From the NCBI GenBank assembly GCA_050949105.1, contig JBMNFC010000009.1:273-24272 (forward strand): 24,000 nucleotides of DNA, written 5' to 3'. Both the position numbers and the translations under genes were made by a program. This DNA is from Acholeplasmatales bacterium. Its GTDB lineage: Bacteria; Bacillota_I; Bacilli_A; Acholeplasmatales; UBA5453. The notes below the pieces were generated by a model. That model ran no database searches and was not told the DNA's origin. It saw only the letters and a program-made list of their open reading frames with translations. Shown here piece after piece: positions 8,713-16,501 of the stretch; position 1 is the stretch's first letter, and each line of letters starts with the position of its first letter.

Positions 8713-8786
8713 TCCAAAGTTTAATTATGTGTAGAACCTTGAATTTAACAAAAATCAGGGGCATAAACTTTGGAGTTTTTTATACA
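8713..8786 (+). terminator. long hairpin followed by a T-tract; topA terminator or structured leader/ncRNA
   Basis: 13-bp perfect stem ACTCCAAAGTTTA (8713-8725) / TAAACTTTGGAGT (8766-8778), 40-nt loop containing a possible inner stem CCTTGA/TCAGGG, then TTTTTT. Confidence 0.7.
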
Positions 8787-8952
8787 AAAAGACATAATGA
8801 ATTAAAGTCATGAATTGATGATTAATTTTTATGTTTTGCAGTATTTTTTTTAATGTAGATAAACTAACTTTTTCTTAATTTAAATTAAACGAAAACAACA
8901 TTTTCAGTTATAAAAATTATAAATAATTATTTAAAAACACTTACATTTACTG

Positions 8953-8958
8953 TATAAT
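8953..8958 (+). promoter_or_regulatory. -10 box TATAAT of the lipoprotein gene
   Basis: Consensus TATAAT ~50 nt upstream of the GTG start, with a strong AGGAGG SD at 8991-8996. The -35 is weak. Confidence 0.55.
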
Positions 8959-9005
8959 GAGGTTGTAATTGTAATTACAAAACTTGAAAAAGGAGGTTTT
9001 TTCTT

Positions 9006-12000
9006 GTGAGATTTAAAAAGACGCTAAAATTATTAACATTAATTTCGTTTTTATTATTAGTACTTGTTGGTTGTGGAAAGACTGAGAACAATGAAAATAA
9101 TAAAGAAGATAAAGCAGGAGCTAAAATCTACTTAAAAGATGTAGAGGCAGATGTCGATATTGAGATTCCAATTGTAAAAGAAGGACCATTAGGTAAATCT
9201 GAATTGATGCCGATTCCTAAAATTAATGGGTATTTATTTGTTGGAACAGATGATTTTATTATTATTGAATATGCCCAACCATTTAGTACTTATTATCTTC
9301 CATACATAAAACTTGATGATATTAGACCTAATGAAGGTAGGATTATATTTAAGTTCGTTGATGATGATAACATAATGTTTGATTTTGTTCAAATTAAAGG
9401 TGAAGTTGGAACAAATTATAAATATGTAAATGAATATGTAAATAATGGGCTTAATTTAGTTGATCATAGTCAAAAAATAATTAATGTTACATTTGAAAGT
9501 GATGTTCAAATAATTATAGTAAGATATACTGAAAAAACAGCTGTATACTTTGCTCATGAATATAAAGTTAACTACTTAGAAAGGAATACTAATAAAGTTT
9601 TACACGAAACTAAGATAGGCGAGCATTATGCTGGACCATTAGAATTAGGTAAACATCCAGTAATTCCGGGTTATAAATTAGTGACTAACGAGACAATAAT
9701 AGAAATTACGGCCAATAACTCAGCCAATGTGTTAAATGTATACTATATTAAAGATGATAATCAATGGGTAACTATCGCATTTGAATCGGGATTAAATGCG
9801 ACATTTACTGGTTCAACACCAACTTCATATGAAGTAATTAAGAATCATCCGTTAAACGGAGCTAACCAACCCCAAATTAAATTACCAACAATTACTCCAA
9901 ATTCTGGATATATGCTCAATCCAAATGGAAATTGGTCACCAACATTATTAGCATTTGAAACTGATGAAGAAGTTTCAGAAGACATAACATTTTATGCTCA
10001 AGTAGTGGTAAATGAAGAGAAAAAATTTAATTATACAGTTTATTATTTAAATTTATCTTTTGGAAATGTCCATCCAAATAAAACAGGAACACATCATGTT
10101 GGATTATTAGATTTAGGTGAACATCCAGAAATTGCGGGTTTTATATGCACAACTGATGAAACAACATTAGAAATTACAGCTGATGAACATGCAAATGTAT
10201 TACGTGTTTATTATGAAAAAGATGATGAGCAATGGGCTACAATTACATTTTCACCGGGATCAAACGCTAGAACAGAAGGTCCTGCAGTTTATGAAGTAAT
10301 TAAGAACCATCCATTTAATGGTGCAAACCAACGAGAAATTATTCCACCATCACTATTTCCATATCTTGGATATATGATTGATCCAGCCGAAACCTGGTCT
10401 CCAGCATTCAAAGTTGATGGAACAGTTGAAGGAGATGTGACATTTGTTGCCCGAATAATTCCAAATGAAAGCCTTAAGTATGGGTATGTGGTTAACTACT
10501 TAGAAAAAGACAAACCTAATAACGTGTTATATAATAAGTTAACAGGAATGCATCATGTTGGAACATTAGATTTAGGTGAACATCCAGTAATTCCAGGTTA
10601 TAAGCTAGTAACAACTGAAACAACAATAGAAATTACAGTTCATGAATATCAAAATGGATTAAATGTTTATTATGAAAAAGATCCAACCAAGTGGGCTAAG
10701 ATTACATTTAGACAAGGTGCTAATGCAACAGTAGCTGAAACACAATTTGAGGTGATAGTAAATCATCCACTTAATGGTGCAAATCAACCTACTATTACAC
10801 CACCAGCAATTACTCCAAATTATGGTTACAAAGTATCAACTCAACCTTGGGGTTCAGTATATAGTGCAAATCTCCAAATAAGTGAAGCTACAACATTTAC
10901 CTCTAATGTAGTTGTAGATCAATTAGTAAAAACATTTACAGGGACAGTTAAATATCAAATTGAAGGTAAAGAAACTGTAGAAGAAACTAAAACGGTTAAT
11001 GGATATATTAATGAACTAGTGACCATACCAGCACATGCGGTATCTGGATATAAAGTTAAAGCATCACAACCTACTCATATTACAATACTAGAAGATGGTA
11101 GTGCAGTAAAAACAGTTTTATATGAAAAAGATCCAACCAAGTGGGCAAAGATTACATTTAGACAAGGGGCTAATGCAACAGTAGTTGAAACACAATTTGA
11201 GGTAATAGTAAATCATCCACTTAATGGTGCAAATCAACCTACTATTACACCACCAGCAATTACTCCAAATTATGGTTACAAAGTATCAACTCAACCTTGG
11301 GGTTCAGCATATAGTGCAAATCTCCAAATAAGTGAAGCTACAACATTTACCTCTAATGTAGTTGTAGATCAATTAGTAAAAACATTTACAGGGACAGTTA
11401 AATATCAAATTGAAGGTAAAGAAACTGTAGAAGAAACTAAAACGGTTAATGGATATATTAATGAACTAGTGACCATACCAGCACATGCGGTATCTGGATA
11501 TAAAGTTAAAGCATCACAACCTACTCATATTACAATACTAGAAGATGGTAGTGCAGTAAAAACAGTTTTATATGAAAAAGATCCAACCAAGTGGGCAAAG
11601 ATTACATTTAGACAAGGGGCTAATGCAACAGTAGTTGAAACACAATTTGAGGTGATAGTAAATCATCCACTTAATGGTGCAAATCAACCTACTATTAAAC
11701 CACCAGCAATTACTCCAGATTTAGGATATATGCTCAATCCAAATGAAGAAGATTGGTCACCAACATTTGAAGTTGCTGGACAAGTTACAGGACAACAAAT
11801 ATTTTATTCTCAAGTAGTACCTAATCCAGTATACTGGCGCGATGTTACTATTAAATATATAGGTCAAGATTTAAGTGGTTACTACACTACGGAATTGAAT
11901 ACTCACATTATTAGTGGAATTATTGGTAAAAATATAAATATTCCTAAAAAAGGTTTTACAGGTTTTTCTTATGAGTCAACTAACCCAACTACATATAAAG

Positions 12001-13391
12001 TTACTAGTGAAACTAATCAAGAAGTAACGGTTAAATATTCAAGAAGAAAAAACGCTATTTACTATTTAACTGAGGGAGGTCAACCAGTTCCAAGTCCTAC
12101 ATATAATGTCTATTATGGTGAGGAAGTTGTTGATGTATTTTATTTAGATTGTGAACCTAAAAAAACCGGTTATGTATTAACATGCTGGAATATTGGTGAT
12201 ACAGGACAACCATTAAAAGCAGGATATAAGATGCCAGATAATTTTATTAACTTAAAAGCTCAGTGGCAAGCAAACAGTTATACAATAGTATTTGATGGAA
12301 ATGGTGGTTCTGGTTCTATGCAAAATCAAACACTCACATATGACCAACAAATAGCATTAAACAAAAACCAATATTATAAAAATGAACATGACTTTATGGG
12401 GTGGTCTATTACACCTGGCGGTATAGCACAATATATTGATGAAGAAGTAGTAGCCGGCCTTGTAGAAAGCGGAACAATTACATTGTATGCGGTTTGGGAA
12501 TGGTGGGGTAGAAAGATAACATTTAATTTAAATGGTGGTAGTTTACCTGATGGAATTACTGAAATATATGTTAAAGATGCAAATTTCCCTTATGTCTTAC
12601 CATGGCCAACTAAAACACAAGGAGATGCCAATTTAGAATTCTTAGGTTGGTATTCAACAAATGACACTTCAGGAACTAAGTATAAGGTATTAAGTGTTAC
12701 TGAAGACTATACTTTATACGCTATATGGGGGGATGAGTGTTATTATATAGGCGAATATCCACAATCACTAATGGAAGATGCGGCACTAATAACAAAATTA
12801 GATCAGATAACACCTGAAGTATCAAGTAAAGAGTTATTTACATCAGGAGTTGAATCATATATTGAAGAATGGAAAACAGTTACTTATGGTGGGTATAAAT
12901 TTGAAAAAATGGGGGACAATTATTTTAAATATGAACCGATTGCGTTCTGTAAAGTAGCAGAAGATGGAACATTATATTCTAAATATATATTGGATTACTC
13001 AACTTTCGATAACGGTTTAGCAAATTCAAATAATTTTGACACTAGTTATGTTAAACAATATCTAAATGAAGTAATTAAGATTAAAGCAGGATTGACAACA
13101 ACATTAGGATTATTGTCAAAAGAACAACTATTGAATCCGATTAATTTTGCTAATGATGATGCAAGAAAAGCTACGCAAACAGATTATGCAAGAATAGCGA
13201 TATATCCAAATCGAAGAAGCAATCTACCTTGGGCTGGTGATACTAATTACATGAATCAATATTGGACAAATACCGCAGTATCAGGTGAAAATTATCGTGT
13301 CCATTATGTCAGTTGGGTAGGAGGGCATTTATCAGGCTGGGGTCTTGGTACTAATGGCGTAGTAGGTCTTCGTATTACTCTTAGTGATTAA
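9006..13391 (+). CDS. large modular surface lipoprotein (1461 aa): signal peptide and lipobox, MucBP-like modules, tandem 150-aa repeats, InlB B-repeat/Flg_new-type repeats, DUF6273-like C-terminal domain
   Basis: MRFKKTLKLLTLISFLLLVLVGC-G lipobox. Repeated ...TG.H..G.L.LG.HP.IPGYKLVT.ETTIEIT... modules. GWY/GW-type repeats such as ITFNLNGGSLPDG...FLGWYSTNDTSG...YTLYAIWGD. C-terminal CYYIGEYPQS...IAIYPN...W.LRITLSD. GTG start with AGGAGG. Confidence 0.9.
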   Translation: MRFKKTLKLLTLISFLLLVLVGCGKTENNENNKEDKAGAKIYLKDVEADVDIEIPIVKEGPLGKSELMPIPKINGYLFVGTDDFIIIEYAQPFSTYYLPYIKLDDIRPNEGRIIFKFVDDDNIMFDFVQIKGEVGTNYKYVNEYVNNGLNLVDHSQKIINVTFESDVQIIIVRYTEKTAVYFAHEYKVNYLERNTNKVLHETKIGEHYAGPLELGKHPVIPGYKLVTNETIIEITANNSANVLNVYYIKDDNQWVTIAFESGLNATFTGSTPTSYEVIKNHPLNGANQPQIKLPTITPNSGYMLNPNGNWSPTLLAFETDEEVSEDITFYAQVVVNEEKKFNYTVYYLNLSFGNVHPNKTGTHHVGLLDLGEHPEIAGFICTTDETTLEITADEHANVLRVYYEKDDEQWATITFSPGSNARTEGPAVYEVIKNHPFNGANQREIIPPSLFPYLGYMIDPAETWSPAFKVDGTVEGDVTFVARIIPNESLKYGYVVNYLEKDKPNNVLYNKLTGMHHVGTLDLGEHPVIPGYKLVTTETTIEITVHEYQNGLNVYYEKDPTKWAKITFRQGANATVAETQFEVIVNHPLNGANQPTITPPAITPNYGYKVSTQPWGSVYSANLQISEATTFTSNVVVDQLVKTFTGTVKYQIEGKETVEETKTVNGYINELVTIPAHAVSGYKVKASQPTHITILEDGSAVKTVLYEKDPTKWAKITFRQGANATVVETQFEVIVNHPLNGANQPTITPPAITPNYGYKVSTQPWGSAYSANLQISEATTFTSNVVVDQLVKTFTGTVKYQIEGKETVEETKTVNGYINELVTIPAHAVSGYKVKASQPTHITILEDGSAVKTVLYEKDPTKWAKITFRQGANATVVETQFEVIVNHPLNGANQPTIKPPAITPDLGYMLNPNEEDWSPTFEVAGQVTGQQIFYSQVVPNPVYWRDVTIKYIGQDLSGYYTTELNTHIISGIIGKNINIPKKGFTGFSYESTNPTTYKVTSETNQEVTVKYSRRKNAIYYLTEGGQPVPSPTYNVYYGEEVVDVFYLDCEPKKTGYVLTCWNIGDTGQPLKAGYKMPDNFINLKAQWQANSYTIVFDGNGGSGSMQNQTLTYDQQIALNKNQYYKNEHDFMGWSITPGGIAQYIDEEVVAGLVESGTITLYAVWEWWGRKITFNLNGGSLPDGITEIYVKDANFPYVLPWPTKTQGDANLEFLGWYSTNDTSGTKYKVLSVTEDYTLYAIWGDECYYIGEYPQSLMEDAALITKLDQITPEVSSKELFTSGVESYIEEWKTVTYGGYKFEKMGDNYFKYEPIAFCKVAEDGTLYSKYILDYSTFDNGLANSNNFDTSYVKQYLNEVIKIKAGLTTTLGLLSKEQLLNPINFANDDARKATQTDYARIAIYPNRRSNLPWAGDTNYMNQYWTNTAVSGENYRVHYVSWVGGHLSGWGLGTNGVVGLRITLSD
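10681..11717 (+). repeat. tandem direct repeat, 450-bp period (two full copies and ~137 bp of a third)
   Basis: Copy 1 10681-11130, copy 2 11131-11580, partial copy 3 11581-~11717, all beginning ATCCAACCAAGTGGG. Copies 1 and 2 differ at 5 positions by manual alignment. Confidence 0.95.
12046..12741 (+). repeat. three degenerate InlB B-repeat/Listeria-Bacteroides (Flg_new)-type protein modules
   Basis: Modules ending ...NLKAQWQ, ...ITLYAVWEW and ...YTLYAIWGD, each with Y/F-x-Gly-Gly starts and a GW/CW core. Boundaries are approximate. Confidence 0.75.
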
Positions 13392-13523
13392 TTGTTTTCA
13401 CTTTTAAAACAATCAAAAACAAAGAGCGTTGTGATTGATAAAAAGATAAGAATTTTATTTATAGATAATTTTCATTATGATGTGAACGCTCAAATATGGA
13501 CTAATTTAATATTTATATAATTT

Positions 13524-13575
13524 AAATGGCTTGTTGCCTGTATTGTACAGATGACAAGCCGTTTAATTTTTATTT
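13524..13575 (+). terminator. terminator-like hairpin upstream of ftsY
   Basis: AAATGGCTTGT / ACAAGCCGTTT stem (one G.U) enclosing an inner CTGTA-TTG-TACAG stem, followed by AATTTTATTTTATTT. Confidence 0.6.
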
Positions 13576-13649
13576 TATTTAAATTGTTTATTTGACAAGA
13601 AGCAGTTAAATTGCGTGGAATTTTATTTTTTAAAATAATATCTCGATTA

Positions 13650-13658
13650 TGATATAAT
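13650..13658 (+). promoter_or_regulatory. extended -10 promoter (TGATATAAT) for ftsY-ylxM-ffh
   Basis: TGATATAAT followed by SD AAGGTGAT and the ATG at 13675. Confidence 0.6.
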
Positions 13659-13674
13659 ATTTAAGGTGATTTAA

Positions 13675-14631
13675 ATGGGATTTTTTAAGATATTTAAAAG
13701 AAAGAAAAATGATAAATATAAATTAGGACTTCATAAGACAAGAGAGTCATTAGGAACTTTAACAGAAATTTTAGAGCGTAGTGATAGTATTACTGATGAT
13801 TTATATGACCAAATTGAAGAAGTTTTAATTATGGCTGATATTGGTGTTGAAGTAACGCTTAAATTTATGGAAATTTTAAGACGTGAACAAATTGCTAAAA
13901 ATATTAAAGATCCAAATGAATTAAAAGAAATTATCGTTGATGAAATGTTTAATATTTACTTAGAAGGTGAAGTTGTTAAAAGTGGTATTGACTATAATAA
14001 AGATGATATAAATGTATATATGTTTGTTGGAGTTAATGGAACTGGTAAAACAACATCTATTGGTAAACTTGCGTATATCTTTAAAAAAGATAAGAAAAAA
14101 GTTTTATTAATTGCCGCAGATACCTTTAGAGCTGGAGCAATTGACCAACTTAAAATTTGGGCTGATAGAGCGAAAGTAGACATTTTTTATAAGGAACAAG
14201 GTACAGATCCTTCAAGTGTAATTTATGATGGGCTAATGCTTGCGAAAAAGGAAAACTTTGATGTAGTATTAATTGATACTGCCGGGAGATTACACAATAA
14301 AGTTCAGTTAATGAATGAATTATCTAAAATGAGAAGAGTTATTGAAAAGGTTATTAGTATTGGACCTAAAGAAACTTTACTTGTGATTGATGCGACAACT
14401 GGACAAAACGGCATTAAACAAGCGGAAATCTTTAAAGAAGCAACTGATGTTACTGGAGTTGTCTTAACTAAGTTAGATGGTTCTTCAAAAGGGGGAATTG
14501 TCTTATCAATTAAACATTTATATAACTTACCAATTAAATATGTTGGTTTAGGTGAGAAAATAGAAGATTTAGTTTTATTTGATATTGAAGAATATATTTA
14601 CGGATTATTTAGTGATTTCTTTGGTGAATAG
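13675..14631 (+). CDS. ftsY: signal recognition particle receptor FtsY
   Basis: VGVNGTGKTTSIGKLA, VLLIAADTFRAGAIDQLKIWADR, VVLIDTAGRLHNK, TKLDGSSKGGIVLSI, PIKYVGLGEKIEDLVLFD. Confidence 0.96.
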   Translation: MGFFKIFKRKKNDKYKLGLHKTRESLGTLTEILERSDSITDDLYDQIEEVLIMADIGVEVTLKFMEILRREQIAKNIKDPNELKEIIVDEMFNIYLEGEVVKSGIDYNKDDINVYMFVGVNGTGKTTSIGKLAYIFKKDKKKVLLIAADTFRAGAIDQLKIWADRAKVDIFYKEQGTDPSSVIYDGLMLAKKENFDVVLIDTAGRLHNKVQLMNELSKMRRVIEKVISIGPKETLLVIDATTGQNGIKQAEIFKEATDVTGVVLTKLDGSSKGGIVLSIKHLYNLPIKYVGLGEKIEDLVLFDIEEYIYGLFSDFFGE

Positions 14632-14632
14632 T

Positions 14633-14950
14633 ATGTTAGAAAAAACAAATCATTTAAGTAGGTTATTTGATTTTTATCATAAATTACTTACAGACAAACA
14701 AAAAGATTATTTTATTATGTATTATCATAAGGATTATTCTTTACAAGAAATAGCCTCTTTTTACAATGTCTCAAGAAATGCGATTTATGATCAACTTAAA
14801 ATTACAGAAGAAAAGTTACTAGAATTTGAAGAAAAGTTACAGTTATTAGAAAAATCATTAAAGAAAGAAGAACTAATTAATGAATATCTAAAAACTAATA
14901 ATAAAGAACTATTAAAAAAGTTATTAGAAATGGATGAGTACTATGTTTGA
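14633..14950 (+). CDS. ylxM: YlxM/p13-like putative DNA-binding protein of the SRP operon (105 aa)
   Basis: MLEKTNHLSRLFDFYHKLLTDKQKDYFIMYYHKDYSLQEIASFYNVSRNAIYDQLKITEEKLLEFEEKL, located between ftsY and ffh, which is the classic synteny. Confidence 0.93.
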   Translation: MLEKTNHLSRLFDFYHKLLTDKQKDYFIMYYHKDYSLQEIASFYNVSRNAIYDQLKITEEKLLEFEEKLQLLEKSLKKEELINEYLKTNNKELLKKLLEMDEYYV

Positions 14951-16328
14951 AAATCTATCAAGTCGCCTACAAATGGCGTTAAGAAGAGTTACAGGAAAAG
15001 GACAACTTACTGAAAAAGACATTGATGAAATGATGAGGGAAGTAAGGCTTTCTTTGCTAGAGGCAGACGTTAATTTAAAAGTAATTAGAACGTTTATCGC
15101 GAATGTCAAAGAAAAAGCTTTAGGAGAAAAGATCTTAAAGGGATTAAATCCTGGTCAACAAGTTTTAAAAATAGTTAGTGAAGAACTCACAAAAGTAATG
15201 GGCGAAGAAAATGTTCCCCTTAAGTTTAAAACTGCTGGTGTCACTGTCTTTATGACTGTTGGGCTTCAAGGTTCTGGTAAAACTACTGCGATAGGTAAGT
15301 TAGGAAGATTACTTAAAAAAGAAGGCAAAAAAGTGATGTTTATTGCCGCAGACGTTTACCGTCCTGCTGCAATTGATCAATTAAAGACATTAGGTGGTCA
15401 AACTGATATCTTTGTTTATGAAGAAGGAATTAAAAAAGCTTTAGGAATTGTTAAAAACGGTTTAGATTACGCGAAAGAAAATCACTATAACGTTGTCATA
15501 ATTGATACAGCGGGAAGATTAGAAATTGACGCTGAGATGATGCAAGAACTTAAAGATATTAAAGAGTTTGCTGCACCTGATGAAATTTTATTAACCGTTG
15601 ATGCGATGATGGGTCAACAAGCCGCGAATGTGGGGTTATCTTTTCATGAACAATTAGGTTGTACAGGTGTTATTGTCACTAAACTTGATGGGGATACTCG
15701 TGGTGGTGCAGCACTATCAATTAGACAAATATCTTCCTTACCAATTAAGTATGTCTCAAGTGGTGAGAAATTAGATAGCCTAGAGGTTTTCCATCCAGAA
15801 AGAATGGCCCAAAGGATTCTTGGAATGGGCGATATGATGACTTTAATCGAAGAGGCAACGGCGAATATTTCCGAAGATGACGCGATGAGTTTAATGGAAA
15901 AAATGCTTAGTGGTAAGTATGATTATAATGACCTACTAAAACAGTTTAAAATGATTAAACGCATGGGTTCATTATCAAGAATATTAGGTTTTTTACCAGG
16001 AATGAAAAACCTTAAACAACAATTATCTAATGTTGATGATAAAGAACTTTTTAGAATTGAAGCGTTAGTTAAATCAATGACTAAGGAAGAAAGAAGTAAT
16101 CCTCTTTTAATTGAAAAACAATACAAACGAAGACGAAGAATTGCCGATGGAGCTGGGATGACTGTTAATGATGTCAATAAGTTAATTGAATCAAGACGCC
16201 AACAAATTAATATGGCTCAACAGATGCAAGGTATGAATCCAAATAGTTTAAATCCACAAATGCCTAAGATGCAACCTCAAAGGGTTAAAAAGGGCAAAGG
16301 TAAAGGTAGAGGCGGATTTAGATATTAA
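14943..16328 (+). CDS. ffh: signal recognition particle protein Ffh
   Basis: VGLQGSGKTTAIGKLG, MFIAADVYRPAAIDQL, VVIIDTAGRLEIDAEMMQEL, VTKLDGDTRGGAAL, and a Met-rich M domain. Start is ATG at 14943 or 14934. Confidence 0.96.
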   Translation: MFENLSSRLQMALRRVTGKGQLTEKDIDEMMREVRLSLLEADVNLKVIRTFIANVKEKALGEKILKGLNPGQQVLKIVSEELTKVMGEENVPLKFKTAGVTVFMTVGLQGSGKTTAIGKLGRLLKKEGKKVMFIAADVYRPAAIDQLKTLGGQTDIFVYEEGIKKALGIVKNGLDYAKENHYNVVIIDTAGRLEIDAEMMQELKDIKEFAAPDEILLTVDAMMGQQAANVGLSFHEQLGCTGVIVTKLDGDTRGGAALSIRQISSLPIKYVSSGEKLDSLEVFHPERMAQRILGMGDMMTLIEEATANISEDDAMSLMEKMLSGKYDYNDLLKQFKMIKRMGSLSRILGFLPGMKNLKQQLSNVDDKELFRIEALVKSMTKEERSNPLLIEKQYKRRRRIADGAGMTVNDVNKLIESRRQQINMAQQMQGMNPNSLNPQMPKMQPQRVKKGKGKGRGGFRY

Positions 16329-16355
16329 ACATGTAAAGTTTATTAAATGACACGA

Positions 16356-16400
16356 GAATGTATTATATCAGAGAAATATAAATACATTCTTTTTTATGTT
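16356..16400 (+). terminator. rho-independent terminator after ffh
   Basis: GAATGTATT / AATACATTC 9-bp perfect stem followed by TTTTTT. Confidence 0.8.
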
Positions 16401-16501
16401 TTCGCTCACTTAGCATTGAAATATGTTAAAATTAACTTAGAAGTCTAATATCTAAATCAACCAAAAATAAGTTTTAGTATGGAAAAAAAAGGGGGGAGAA
16501 A

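Noticed and set aside
8875-8888. Palindrome TTAATTTAAATTAA upstream of the lipoprotein promoter
   Set aside because: A/T-only sequence in very AT-rich DNA. It is likely to occur by chance.
10681-11717. Possible CRISPR or mobile repeat array
   Set aside because: The 450-bp units are in-frame coding repeats of a surface protein with no spacers and no flanking inverted repeats.
13393-13414. TTGTTTT/AAAACAA stem just after the lipoprotein stop as its terminator
   Set aside because: The stem is A/T-rich apart from one G-C pair and lacks a following T-tract.
13992-15109. Minus-strand ORFs 13992-14183 and 14924-15109
   Set aside because: Antisense to ftsY and ffh GTPase motifs. Shadow ORFs.
15923-16177. 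Minus-strand 84-aa ORF inside ffh
   Set aside because: Mirror of the Ffh M-domain coding sequence, with no independent support.
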